From NCBI RefSeq assembly GCF_963921235.1, contig NC_086097.1:192946001-193010000 (forward strand): a stretch of DNA of 64,000 bases, read 5' to 3'. Positions 38,206 to 51,445 of this stretch are shown piece after piece; the stretch's first letter is position 1, and every line of letters starts with the position of its first letter. The notes below the pieces were generated by a model. The model had not been told where the DNA came from and searched no databases. It saw nothing but the letters and a program-made list of their open reading frames with translations. Source of the DNA: Mobula hypostoma. Lineage: Eukaryota. Made by a program: the position numbers and the translations under genes.

Positions 38206-41100
38206 AAATCAACCCTGTCAGAAAATTGCCCGTGAAGGCAATATGAAAATTTATCCTTATAAGTATACAGTATGTCACTTCACTGCAATGTTTTGGCACT
38301 ATTCCAGGAACTGTTCCTTTTCATACTTGAATAATAGCCATAGCAGGAATTTAAATGGCATCTTTCAATTTTAATTTGTGCAGACTTCATTGTAAAATTA
38401 ATTAATGTTCAAATATTGGGCAATTAACTGATGGACAAGATTGCCTCAGCATTCTGAAGCTGTCTGATTTTTGTTCCATTTTCTATCTTGAACAACTAGA
38501 AACGGAGTGGATTCAAACCATTGTTGTATTGGTGGTTTAATACAAGAGGCCACTAACTAAAACAAATCAAAGAACATCTTAGAGTCAAACTGAGCAACAT
38601 GCCTTAACTCTGAAATGCATGAAAAAAATGTGCTGCAGTTAGAATTTAGTGAAAGTACAAAGAAGGCATTTATCTTATAAAACATGTATAGGTTTAAAAG
38701 TATAAGGTGAGTAATAAGACATGTTGATGAAAGTTGTACAGATAATATAAATAATTCTCTCTTAACCAAGATACCTGCATGAATTGAAATTAAATAAAAA
38801 TAAATGAAAGCATTTGAGATGTCATATTAAATAATATTATCTAATCTTTCAATGTAAAAGATAACTAGAGGTACAAACTCAATCAGAATAGAGCAGTAAG
38901 GATACTAGAGGAATATTGTAAAATATGATTTATATAAGCACCTACCCTTGCAGCAGCTGGCTATTTATTGTCTGGAAAGTGGCATAAAATCTACCATTAA
39001 AATCAAACTTCTGACAGTTTTTTTGAACCCCGAAGGGCTATCCTGAAGGGTCAGCCTTCTGTCTCTAAGCACTTGATTAACTGCTCAGTGACTTTGGCTT
39101 GCCTTCTCGGTTTATTGGATTATATGGATAATTTATTACACAATACGATTGGACTCTTCCCATGTCCTTTAGGACCATTCAGTCTTAAATCTATTGCCGA
39201 AGTGAATTAAGAACTCTTCTATTGAAACCTTTAATATTCTACATTCATTTCACGGCTATGCAAATATCTCTAAATGTTAAGTATATTATATTAACACTAT
39301 GTAACCTCAAAGAAAATTAGTGTAATATAATAGATGCAGAGGTGAGAACAACATACATAAAATAATGATAAGTAATAATTCTATATCTGACGTTTCCTAG
39401 GACTCGTATTTATCTTCAATTATTGTTTTAATTCTCACTTGTTTAAGGGGGGGGAGGAAAACCCGAAATAAATCAGATAAACAAAATGCAAAGACTATTT
39501 AAATATTTTATTGTTGTGATGCATTTAACAAAATGTATTCTAAAAAAAGAGATAAAGCATTTAAAAACTCTAATTTATTACTCAAGCTCTGTCTATCTAT
39601 TTCCATGCTGCCACACCATTTGGCTCTTCTTTTAATTATTTCATGCCTTGTTTGGCAATCTTAAAGAGCTCTTTACGTTACATTTTTCATTTTTCAGACT
39701 GCAGTGTGGTTGAGAACATCAGCATTTACTACATATCCCTGAACTGAATTGCATGATATGCCTTTTAGAAGTTGACTGCAACACTAGATCTACAGTTGTA
39801 TATAGTTTGGATGTGGTAACACTGCCATATTTCCACCCCAAGCCTTTTTAGTGAACTATATTGGTTTCTGCAACAATCAGGTCTCTAAGAGTTTTACTTT
39901 TAATTTCAGGTTAGTTCTTTAACATTAATTCCGTAATTGCCAAATTGGGGTTTAAACTCAGGTCTCTCTGGATTGTCAATCAGGCCTCCAGGTAATTACT
40001 TCAGTAACTTAACTGATGTACATGTGACTGCTACTTCATGAGCAATAACCCTATTTGCTCCATTTCCTCTCTTGCTGAATGTTCTACCCAGTGTGCCTAC
40101 TGTGGGTTAATCTCACCAATTTCTTTCCTCATCTCATGAACTAGACCTACCACTCTTTCTTGCACTTTGCCAGTGCATTCACAAGCATTGTGCTTAGAAG
40201 GAAACCTAAAACTTCTCTCCATATGGTTTCATTTATTTTGAATTCGCCCTTTGGCATCCTCTACTTTCTTATGCATGCTTGACTGGCATCAGGCCTTTGA
40301 GAGAAATCGGACTTACTGATGCAACAGTGTTACTGAAGCCTCCCCATCCTGCTGCATTTTGCACTGTCTTCAATGCCCAAACTAGTTGATTGACATTGAT
40401 GGCCTAATCTCCAAATCACATTTGCTCCTTTCCCTTATTTTCTCCATCCACCTTCAAGCATTTCACCTTTTTCCTCTTCATTGCATCTCATTTAAAATTC
40501 ACCAAGGCCCTGCCACTGTGTTTCTCCAACTGCTTTCATCCCTCAGTCTCTGCACTGAGCAAAATCCATTCATGATATCAATCTCCATTTTTCATCTAAT
40601 TTATATGATCATGCATCTTCCCAGAATCTCTCAATCCAGATTAATATTCTGTCCCAAATTCATGGCTGCTTCTAACTTCTCTAATCTGCTTGAATCTCTC
40701 AATGTTCATTTTCTCCTACCTATTCCAAAAAATCTTCCTCATGAATATATCACCTGGTGAGCCAAAGGGCTTCTTTTTGTGCTGTATGACGCTATGACTC
40801 ACCTGGCAAACAGGCAAATTCAGTGATCCACATTCCTCTGCTCAAAAAGGAGCTTGCTTTACAGGTAATCCAAAGCAAAAATTACTTCAGAAGTACAAGA
40901 ATATCTCGCTCTCAAACTTCCCTTTTGAATTCCCTGTGGCTGGAAATGATACAGGAATTGTCTTTACAATGTTTAATCCCAGAAAAAAGTATCTATCTTC
41001 AGCTGCACAATTTTATTAAAGTGCTGTGCAATTGCATTTCAAGGTTTCTCTCATCTTTCTCAATCTTTTGAGAGCACTGACTACATTTGTCACTATCAAT

Positions 41101-42178
41101 ATTCAAAGTTCAAAGTAGACTTATTATACATATATGTCACCGTATGCAACCCTGAGATACATTTTTGCAGGCATACTCAATAAATCCAAGAACCATAATA
41201 GAATCAATGAAAGATCAGAAAAACAGGGCAAACAAAACAAGGCAGACCAACAACCAATGTGCGAAAGATTACGAACTATGCAAATACAAAAGAGAAAAAT
41301 TAATAATAAACAAATAAGCAATAAATATAGAGAACATGGGATGAAAAGCCCTTGAAAATGAGTCCATAGGTTGTAGGGAACAGTTCAGTAATGGGGCAAA
41401 TGAAGTTGAAATGAAGTTATCCCTACTGGTTCAAGAAACTGATGGTTGAGGTGTAATAACTGCTTCTGAACCTGTTAAGGTGAGTTCTGAGGCTCCTGTA
41501 CCTTCTTCCTGATGGCAGCAGCAAGGAGAGAGCATAACCTGTGTGATGTGCATCCTTAATGAAGGATGCTGCTTTCCTGCAACAGCACTCTGTGTAGATA
41601 TGCTCGATGGAGAGGAGTGGCTTTACCCATGATGGACTGGGCCATATCCAGTACTTTTGTAGGATTTTCTGTTCAAGGGCATTGGTGTTCCCATAACAGT
41701 CTGTGCTGTAACCAGTCAATATACTCTCCACCACACATTTATAGAAGTATAAATGTCATGAAAAATCTTCAGAAACTTCTAAGGAAGTAAAGGCGCTGCA
41801 ATGCTTTCTTCATGATTTCAGTTACACGCTGGGCACAGGACAGGTCCTCTGAAAATATAACATCTGGGAATTTAATGTTGTTGACCCTCTCCACCTCTGA
41901 TCCCCTGATGAGGACTGGCTCGCGGACCTCCAGTTTCCTCCTCCTGAAGTCAATAATTAGCTCCTTGGTCTTGCGGACATTGAGTGTTGTTGTGGCTCCA
42001 CTCAGACAGATTTTCAATCTCCCTCCTGTGTGCTGATTCACCATCAACTTTGATTTGGCCAGCGACAGCGATGTCATCAGCAATCTTAAATATGGCACTG
42101 AAGCTGTGCTTTGCCTCATAGTCATAACTGTAAAACGAGTAGAGCAGAGGGCTAAGCACATTGCCTTGTGGTTATTCA
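41101..42178 (-). mobile_element. Rex1/Babar-like LINE 3' part
   Basis: LSPLLYS...IFKIADD, KTKELIIDFRRRK and QRLYFLRS motifs, then KAASFIKD; (TTTGAA)n-type tail at 41101. Confidence 0.88.
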
Positions 42179-43234
42179 CAACTCTCAACTCGAGACTTTT
42201 GCCTGACATTCCATACCTACCTATTCATTCATGAGCAGAGAATCTACCCAGTCCTACTCTGTGAGGCTTTCTTCAGTTCCCACCCACCATAAAATTACTC
42301 CCATTAACTTAGGTGCTTTAAAATTAGGTAAAGCAAACAAACGTAGACAGAGCAGCTGGATTCCTAAAGTATTAAACTTTATTGAGGGTCTGATAATGTA
42401 GGGCTTATAGATTTTAATACCAAACAATTCTGTCATTGGCGGAGTGAATACAGCCTGATGCAATGTACTTTAGACACATTCTATAAATTGTGTACTAGGA
42501 AGGATTTATTTTGAAGTGTTGCAATTTAAAAGTGTTTCCAAATGTTGTGACTATCAGTGTTGTTATTATTTGTAGAATGTAGTCCAGATTTCAAGATGCA
42601 AATATAACACCTTAGGTTTATAGCTTATGGTTGGTGGGAAATGCAGACTGAATATAATAAATTGCATTTATTTTTAGTTTCTGTTGTGTTTTCCAAAGAG
42701 AAAATGAACGAATAAAGTGGAGATTATTGAAATACAGACAATTCATATATTAAATTTAAAATATTATACTTTCTATCCATATTGTTACATTTTTGCTGAC
42801 AACTCGTATTTCTACTGCTTTATGCTATTATAAACAACATTGCAATGCTGATAAATGTCAGCTGCTTTTTAAATATTTAATCTGTACGTATTTCCTCTGA
42901 ATCATCACTTTCCTAGTGTTTAGGTGGAATACTTCTATCTATGTTTTATTAATTTATTTGCTCTAGAGAATGCTAAGGGTAACTAAAGAATTGAATCTAT
43001 AAAAAAAAATTTTAACAGTCAAATTGGCCTTATTCTTAAGGGCTGAACATTTAGGCTAACTGTCCGCTAGATGTTCTTTCAAGAATGAACAATGTGTTTC
43101 TATTTAGCTTATTGCTGCATTTAACATTTAAATGATATAAAATAGAAATTTCTATCTAAAGATGAACATAAGATGAGGTTTTGGTTCCCACTCCCCAAAA
43201 AGGGTAAAATTTCTCCTCAGAAGTCAGATATTTC

Positions 43235-43272
43235 CAGTCCTGATGAAGGGTGTCGGCACAAAACATCGACTG
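43235..43272 (+). ncRNA. Minimal type I hammerhead ribozyme motif in an isolated Penelope terminus (43228-43335)
   Basis: CAGTC-CTGATGA-A-GGGTGTCGGCAC-AAAAC-ATC-GACTG: perfect helix I (CAGTC/GACTG) and CUGAUGA core. GAAAC and GUC appear altered by CpG decay. Confidence 0.65.
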
Positions 43273-43335
43273 TTTATTGATTTTCTTAGAAGCTGCCTGA
43301 GATCTGAGTTTCTCCAGCTTTTTGTATGTGTTATG

Positions 43336-43822
43336 TTGGTACAGGAATTGCAAGGCACCTGGCCACAAATCCCTACAAAGGGTTGCGAGAACTTCTGAGA
43401 GGATCATTGAGGTCTCTCTTCCACCCATCAGAGGTATTTCTCAGGAGTGCTGCCCATGCAGGGCCCTTAGCATTATCAGTGATCCCTCCCATCCGTCTAA
43501 CAATCTCTTTGAGCTCCTACCATCAGGCTGGAGGTACCACAGCATTACAGCAAGAACTGTTATGATGGGAAATAGCTTCCTCCTCCAGGCATAAGACTAT
43601 GGAACTCCCTGCTACCACCCAGGTCTCATCATGTATGAAGTGCCACTGGTGTTATACTGTTTACTTTTTAACTTGTTTTGTATATGCATCTTATCACTCG
43701 TTAATTTATTTGTGGTAATATTACTTTATGTGTTATGTGTGTGAGTTATATGTAATATAACCTTGGTCTGGAGGAATGTTGTTGTACATGTGTACAGTTG
43801 AATGATGATAAACTTGACCTTG
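43336..43822 (+). mobile_element. Rex1/Babar-like LINE 3' fragment
   Basis: WYRNCKAPGHKSLQRVARTSERII...SIISDPSHPSNNLFELLPSG; tail ATAAACTTGACCTTGA. Confidence 0.8.
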
Positions 43823-43898
43823 AGTATGGACTATTCTGATAAACTATTTATCTTACAGTTCCCCTATCGTTAATGTTTCAGGAAGGTGTAAGTGTAAG

Positions 43899-44140
43899 TC
43901 TCCTAATCTGTCTGTGTCCTTCTGTATCCTCCCTACCTGCCCTTCGCATACCTTCATATCATTGGCAAACTTTGCAACAAGACCATCAATTCCATCATCC
44001 AAATCATGGACATATTAATATAAAAAGAGTTGGTTCCAACCCAGACCCCTGTGGAAGAACCACTAGTCACCAGCAACCAACCAGAAAAGGCTCCATTTAT
44101 TCGCACTCTTTGCTTCCTGCCAATCAGCCACAGATCTATC
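43899..44140 (-). repeat. About 240-bp direct copy of the CR1 segment 46106-46346
   Basis: About 97% identical (6 substitutions and 1 indel by eye). Confidence 0.9.
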
Positions 44141-44511
44141 ACTTCACCTTAGACTCTGACATTAGGATTTTTCCACTTGTTTTACAAGGCACCTTGCACA
44201 CTTACTGAACTGACTATATTGCTTAGAATTAACTTCAAAAGTATTGCCTCTGTATAATTGCAGCAGAAGACAGTGAGAACCTCAGCAGTCATCAACAGCA
44301 TGCTGATTAATATACACAATGAAATCCTTGGTAAGTTGGAGAAGTCTGTCAGAAAGCAGGAAACAGGAGATTGGACAACATCTTGCTATGTGATGCTGTG
44401 CAGAGCTTGAGGCCCATTCTTTCCAGCTTGGACATAAGTTCACCCTCAGACTGGATCCACTTCGAACTTGCCCTTCAGGCTATAAGTTGTTGTGTGATAG
44501 TGGGCATCTCT

Positions 44512-44810
44512 TACAACATAGAAAGAAGCAATTTAGCCCACTGTGTTTCTCAGAGCAATCCTATGAGTTCCATTCCCTGTAACCTGCTCTCCCTCACATG
44601 CCCACTATCTTCCCGCTATCCTCTATTTCTCTTACCATCCACACATACAAGTTGTAATTTGCAGTGGCCAGTTAACCTACCAAACAGAACATCCCTGGGT
44701 TGTGGGAAATATTCTCTCAATCACTCATGGGAAGCTCACATGATCACAGGGAGATTGTAGAAACTAGACACAGCACAGACAGTAATGGAGGTCAAGTGCT
44801 GCAATTTCCA
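44512..44810 (-). mobile_element. Decayed tRNA/V-type SINE
   Basis: GTTAACCTACCAAACAGAACATCCCTGGGTTGTGGGAAA...GATCACAGGGAGA resembles the reverse of 55010-55270. Confidence 0.55.
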
Positions 44811-45159
44811 GAGTACGGATATTGGCCAACGTAATTGCAGAAGTCAATTGTTTTCTGGGCACTCTAGTTGAATCTTGGGTTGCACTCACAAGTTTGCTTC
44901 TCGCTGTCACATTCAGAGTGCTGCCATTGTGTCTCTGGATACTATGGTCAAATGGACTTACACAGCAACCCTGCAATGTGCCCAACAACAGATCACCAAT
45001 AGTGTTGAAGATGATAGCATTTGCAACTCAGTGAGTCTGCTGGTGTCCTTGTAGCTGCTTAAAATCACCTACTCACATATTTGTTCTCATGCAAAGAATT
45101 GCCTGGAGCAGTGGACCCAAAGCTGCTTAAGGTCATCTGGAAATGTCATATGCTGTCTC

Positions 45160-45292
45160 AAACATGAGAAAATCTGCATGTGCTGGAAATCCAAGCAACA
45201 CACACAAAATGCTGTAGGAACTCAGCAGGCTAGGCAGCATCTATGGAAAAGAGTACGGTTGACATTTCAGGCCGAGACTTTTCATCAGCCCC
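45160..45292. mobile_element. Single Penelope-derived terminus with a hammerhead core on the minus strand
   Basis: The minus strand reads CTGATGA-AAAGTCTCGGCCT-GAAA-TGTC at about 45261-45288. Confidence 0.65.
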
Positions 45293-45299
45293 TTCTTAA

Positions 45300-47312
45300 G
45301 ACCTTAAGATATAGAAGCAGAGCAGAATTAGGCCATTTAACACATCGAGATCCAATTTTTCTCTCAGCCCCAATCTCCTGCCTTCTCCCCATATCGCTTC
45401 GTGCCCTGAAAAATCAAGAATCTATCAACCTCTGCCTTAAAATATGAAATAAAGACTTGGCTTCCACAGTTGCCAAAGAATTCCACAGATTCCACAGCAT
45501 CTGGCTAAAGAATTACCTCCTAATCTCTGTTCTAAAAGGATGCATCTCTATTCTGTGCCTGTGTCCTTTGGTTTTGGATTCTCCTATCATAGGAAACATC
45601 CTCTTCACATCCTCTATCAAGGACTTTCACCATTCAATAGGTTTCAATGAGGTCACCTTGCACTCTTCTGAATTCTAGTGAATACAGATCCAGAACCATC
45701 AAACACTCTGCATACGACAAACTATTCAATCCTGGAATCATTTTCGTGAACCTCCTTTGAACCTTCTCCAGCTTCAGCATATCCTTTCTAAAATAAGGGG
45801 CCCAAAACTGCTCACAATACTCCAAGTGAGGCCTCACCAGTGCTTTATAAAGTCTCAACATTACATCCTTGCTTCAGTCCTCTTGAAATGAATGTTAACA
45901 TTGCATTTGCCTTCCTCACCACAGACTCAACCTGTAAATTAAGCTTAAGGGAATCCTGCACAAGGACTCCAAAATCCTTGTTTCAAATTCAAGTTTTTGA
46001 ATTTTCGCACCATTTAGACAATAGTCATTCCTTTCATTTCTTCTACCAAAGTGCATGACCATACACTTCCTAACACTGTATTCCATCTGCCATTTCTTTG
46101 CCCATTCTCCTAATCTATCTATGTCCTTCTGTATCCTCCCTACCTGCCCTTCACATACCTTCATATCATTGGCAAACTTTGCAACAAGGCCATCAATTCC
46201 ATCATCCAAATCATGGACATATAATATAAAAAGAGTTTGTTCCAACCCAGACCCCTGTGGAAGAACCACTAGTCACCAGCAACCAACCAGAAAAGGCTCC
46301 ATTTATTCGCACTCTTTGCTTCCTGCCAATCAGCCACAGATTTATCCATGCTAGAATCTTTCCTGTGATACTATGGTCTCGTAGCTTGTTAAGCATTGTG
46401 GCACCTTGATAAAGGCCTTCTAAAAACCCCAGTACACAACATCATTTGATTCTCCTTTGTCTATCCGGCTTGTTAATTCTTCAAAGAGTTTCAACAGATT
46501 TGTAAGGCAAGATTTTCCTTTGAGAAAACCATGCTGACTATGGCCTATTTTATCATGTGCCTCCAAGTACCCAAAGACTACTACTACTACATCAACTCAG
46601 GCCTATGGGGCAGGTGTCAAGCACGATGACGGACTCTCCACTTCTCCCTCTCCCTCATCAGTGTGTTCAGTTCATCTACATTAGACACGAAGCTGTCTTC
46701 CAGGAGCGTGTTGACCATAGTCTTGGGAGGGCGCCCAGTGTTCATCCTCCCATGCTTGGGCTCCTATATGATGACTAGGCTGGCAGGTAGCTCGGGATGG
46801 CATAGACAGTGCCCCGCTAGTTGCAGCCTTCTTGCCTCGATTTTAGTGGTGAGCATCGGTAGGTCGTCATAGAGCTCAATGTTTGTCATGTGCTATTGCT
46901 AACTCACGTCAAGAGCCATCCGGAGCATTTGTGTAGAGCAACAATCTAGAGACTTTCGCATAGTCTTGGTGAGTGTCCACATCTCGCATCTGTACGTGAG
47001 AATGGACTCTATGACTGCTATGAAGATCCTCTTTTTAAGCCAAGTACCAAAAGAACTCATCCTTAATAACTGACTCCAGCACCTTCCAACCACTGAGGTC
47101 AGACAAACTGGCCTATAGTTTCCTTTCTTCTGCCTCTCTTCCTTCTTGAAGTGTGGAGTGACATTTGCAATTTTTCTGTCTTCCAGAGCCATTCCAGAAT
47201 CTAGTGATTCTTGAAAGATGATTACTAATGCCTCTGTGATCTCTTTAGCCACTTCTTTCAGAACCCTGGGGTAAAAAACATTTGGTCCAGGTAACTTATC
47301 TAACTTCAGATC
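45300..47312 (-). mobile_element. CR1 LINE fragment interrupted by an RTE fragment
   Basis: GNYRPVCLTSVVG, VAKFANDMKV and LYKALVRPHLEYCEQFWAP motifs. Confidence 0.9.
46577..47039 (-). mobile_element. 5'-truncated RTE-clade LINE
   Basis: Encodes LKKRIFIAVIESILTYRCEMWTLTK...QMLRMAL and RRLQLAGHC..HPE...GRPPKT. (GTA)n tail at 46577-46590. Imperfect TSD CCAAGTACCCAAAGA / CCAAGTACCAAAAGA at 46563 and 47040. Confidence 0.85.
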
Positions 47313-48458
47313 TTCATATGAAGTACATCTTTATATACTGTCTTCCCATTTGGAGGTTAATTGTCTTCCACCAGATCAACAAAAAAATAAGAAAAGGTGA
47401 GGGCTTCCAATGAGTGGACAAGAGGGTCCTATTTATCCATACATCGTTAAAAGCCACTTGGCCAGAAAAGGAATGATCTGCATTGCCTCTTCTCTAACCC
47501 TTCCTTATCCTGTACTCAGCTGTTGGTAAGTGCAGTGCCAAGGATGTCCAGCACACAGCAAGCAACATTAATTCTTTGCCCCCATTCCCAAAGTAGGGCT
47601 GTTCAACAGCTATCCAGGCACTGAGATCATTGTTTTGGCATGTCAGTTGTGTTTACTTCTGCATTTATCGTAACAGAATAGCTTTCACTCTGTTTACATT
47701 GCCCATGTCACTTTAGTCACATACTTGAGTCATGTGGTCATATCCATTAACCTCTCCATTTGTTCTGACTGGAGTGTGGATGAGACAGTGGACTGTCACA
47801 GAATGAAGGCTTCCTGCCTAATGCCAGGGTACTGAGCACTGACCTATATGAATTGCCACTTATTGCCACACACCAACTCTATGATGAACAAATGTAATCA
47901 GTGCAGATTGCAGTGTAAGGTGTTGTGTCTGCTATCAATTCTACAATATACACATTACCTTTTACTGAGATTCTATGAGAATCATTGGTCCCTGAACATA
48001 CCGTGTGGACAAGTCCTCTTGTGATTCCTTTCCCTCCTGTACCTCACCCACCTCCCATCTCTCTCTTCATTCTTATCATTTTCCCGTTCTGTGTGCCTTC
48101 TACTCAACTTCTTAGTCATGCTGTATTGCAAGACATTTTGCTTCCAATTGTATATTTTGTTTGGTTTGTATAGAAACCTTGAAATCAAGATAAATTCCTT
48201 CAGAAATTCTGGAAGGCACCACCACTTGTCAGCAGAAATCTGACAGCATTTTCATTATCGTCTTGCTGCTCCACCATCAGCTGTTAATGTGGTCACTGAC
48301 CTTTTGTTAAATTGGCAAATTGGTAACTGCTACAGAGATAGCACAGTGCAGCTAAACAATAAGGTAGAAAATCATAATGAGTTAGATTATGAGGTCAAGA
48401 GTCCATCTTATCATAATAGAGAACCATTTTATAGTCTTATAACAGGGAGGTAGAAACT

Positions 48459-49510
48459 CAGAATCAGAATTATTGTCACCGGCATGTGACATGAAATTTG
48501 TTAACTTAGCAGCAGCAGTACAATGCAATAAATAATCTAGCAAAGAAATATTAATATTAAATAATAATAATAAATTAAATTAAAATAATAATAAACAAGT
48601 AAATCAATTACATATATTGAATAGATTTTTTAAAACATGCAGAAACAGAAATACTGTACATTTTTTAAAAAGTGAGGTGGTGTCCAAAGATTCAATGTCC
48701 ATTTAGGAATCGATGGCAAAGGGAAAGAATCTGTTCCTGAATCACTGAGTGTGTGCCTTCAGGCTTCTGTACCTCCTACCTGATGGTAACAGTGAGAAAA
48801 GGGCATGCCCTGGGTGCTGGAGATCCTTAATAATGCACGCTGCCTTTCTGAGACACCGCTCCCTAAAGTTGTCCTGGGTACTTTGCAGGCTAGGATCCAA
48901 GATGGAGCTGACTAGATTTGCAACCATCTGCAGTTTCTTTCGGTCCTGTGCAGTAGCCCCTGCATAGCAGACAGTGATGCAGCCTGTCAGAATGCTCTCC
49001 ACAGTACAACTATTGAAGTTTTTGAGTGTATTTGTTAACATGCCAAATCTCTTCAAACTCCTAATGAAGTATAGCTGCTGTCTTGCCTTCTTTATAACTA
49101 CATCGATATGTTGGGACCAGGTTAGATCCTCATAGATCTTGACACCCAGGAACTTGAAGCTGCTCACTCTCTCCACTTCTGATTCCTCTAAGATGATTGG
49201 TATGTGTTCCTTCGTCTTACCCTTCCTGAAGTCCACAATCAGCTCTTTTGTCTTACTGATGTTGAGTGCCAGGTTGTTGCTGCGGCACCATTCCACTAGT
49301 TGGCATATCTCACTCCTGTACACCCTCTCGTCACCACCTGAGATTGTACCAACTATGGTTGTATCATCAGCAAATTTATAGATGGTATTTGAGCTATGCC
49401 TAACCACACAGTCATGTGTATACAGAGAGTAGAGCAGTAGGCTAAGCACACACCAAAGGTGCGCTAGTGTTGATCATCAGCGAGGAGGAGATGTTATCAC
49501 CAATCCGCAC
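48459..49510 (-). mobile_element. Rex1/Babar-like LINE nested in another Rex1-like copy (outer pieces about 48320-48458, 49511-49540, 50690-50838)
   Basis: ORF 48742-49449 has LSLLLYSLYTHDC, IYKFADDTTIVG and KTKELIVDFRK; (ATTCTG)n tail at 48459-48470. Confidence 0.9.
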
Positions 49511-50837
49511 TGTTCTTGAGCCTGTTAATACATGCTTTTAGAATTTGGGAAACATGTGCCAGTCATAATTAACTTGACAAGATCAAATGCCTGGCTAAAC
49601 GGCTCTAACTATTAGTAAATACAGGCATTCAGGAAACCCAGGAGCCCTATGTTCTATGGCAAACCAGAGTCCCACAGGGCTCATGACAGTACCTCTCTTC
49701 CCAAGCCTGGCACCTGACAGCCCACGGAGCCCTGGGGAACTGCAGACAGGGCTAGAAAAACCTGCAACAGACCTGGTGCTCTCAAGGCAGGGCTGGAAAA
49801 ACCCTGGGAAGACATGATGACAGGGTTGGAAAAACCCCAGGGTAGAGCTCATGCTCTCGAGACAGGGCCAGAAAAACAGGAACAGTGTGCATATAAATCA
49901 GGAGCAGTGCATTGCATCTTACTTGGAAACTCTGCATTGCATACAGCTTGGAAACATGGCACATCACTCAGAAACACAGCATACCATGGGAGACATTACA
50001 AACTTTGTCAGCACAGAGAACCCCAGGAAAAATCTTGAACATAGACTGGAGAAGCTTGAAATGAAACCTTTGGGAACCTTCAACACAAAAACTTCAGGAA
50101 CCCTCGGCGACCAGACTAAATAAAGAAGGCATCCCCCCTGCCAACTGATGTCCAAGCCTCTGTAGAACCTCTGCTGGGTGCATTCAAAGTGGAATCCTTC
50201 TGTCATAGTGTGAGCTCACAGGACTGGACCTGAACAGCACACTCTCTCCATCACAGCGGTCACTGGCATCAACTCAACCCAGGGGTAGCAGACATCAGAG
50301 TCTTGTCACAGTGATCATTGGCACTGACTCAACCCAGGAGTGGAGGAATGGCAGACTACCCACGAAGAGACAGGAACGAGAGGTTAGACACAGGAATACC
50401 AACAGAACATCAGGAGCATGACCAAGCAACTCCACAAGACAAATCATTCTACCAAACACACGGTGAAGGACTCTGCTTCCAGAGAACGAGAGTCACGTTT
50501 AACTTGACAAGATTAAACTGAAAGCACTTGGGCTTAGCAGCCCTAATAATTAGTGAATATAGGAGCGCAAGAAACCCAATCACTCAATGCTCGATGGCAA
50601 GCCCCAGAGGCCCGCATGGCTCACAACATTAAAGCTCTCAACTTGCTCAAACTCAGCAAAGTTGACATAGAGAGAAGCATGTGGCCAGCCACCCCCGAGG
50701 TCAATGACCAGCTGTTCTGTTTTGTTTTCATTGAGGGAAAAGTGTTTTCATGACACCATGTTACTTAACCTCTACTTCTCGTACTCTGAGTCACTGTTAC
50801 TTGAGATACAGCCCACTATGGTGGTATCATTTACAAA

Positions 50838-51445
50838 CATTAGTACAGGACAAAACAATAACAGATTGCAAAATAAAGTTTTACAATACAGAGACAGTGC
50901 AACACAGTAAGAAGGTAAGGTTCAAGATTACAGCAAGATAGATTGTGAAGTCAAGAGTCCATTTCATCATACTAGGGAAGCACTTACTAGTCTTATAACA
51001 GTGGAATGGAAGCTATCTTTGACTCTGCTGGTAAGTGTTTATGGGCTTTTGTATCTTCTGCCTGATGTGAGGGAGAATAGAAAATGTCCAGGATGGATGG
51101 TGGTTTCAATTATGCTGCCTGCTTTACCAAAGCAGTGAGAAGTATAAATAGAGTCAGAGAGGAGATGGGTTCTATGATGTACTGAGCTATGTTCTCAACT
51201 CTATGCAGTTTCTTATGATCACAGACAGACTAATTACCATATCAAATCAGGTTGCATCAGGATAGAATGCTTTCAAAGGTGGAACTTTAAAAATTGGTGA
51301 GGGTCAAAGGGGCATGCCAAATTTCTGTAGCCTGCTGAAGAAGTAGAGATGTTATTGATCTTTCTTGGTCTTGGTATCAGAGCAGATGTCTGGTGATATT
51401 CACTCCTAGGAATGTAAAACTCTCAACCCTCTTCACCTCACCAAC
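50838..51445 (-). mobile_element. Rex1/Babar-like LINE 3' fragment
   Basis: The 3'UTR GTCAAGAGTCCAT...AGTCTTATAACAG matches the 48390-48458 copy; HLYFFSRL.KFGM motif on the minus strand near 51320-51350. Confidence 0.7.

Noticed and set aside
49747..49880. CRISPR-like repeat-spacer pattern (four copies of a CAGGG..GAAAAAC motif)
   Set aside because: The repeats are short and imperfect, spacing is irregular, there are no cas genes and the context is vertebrate. Kept only as part of the unassigned segment.
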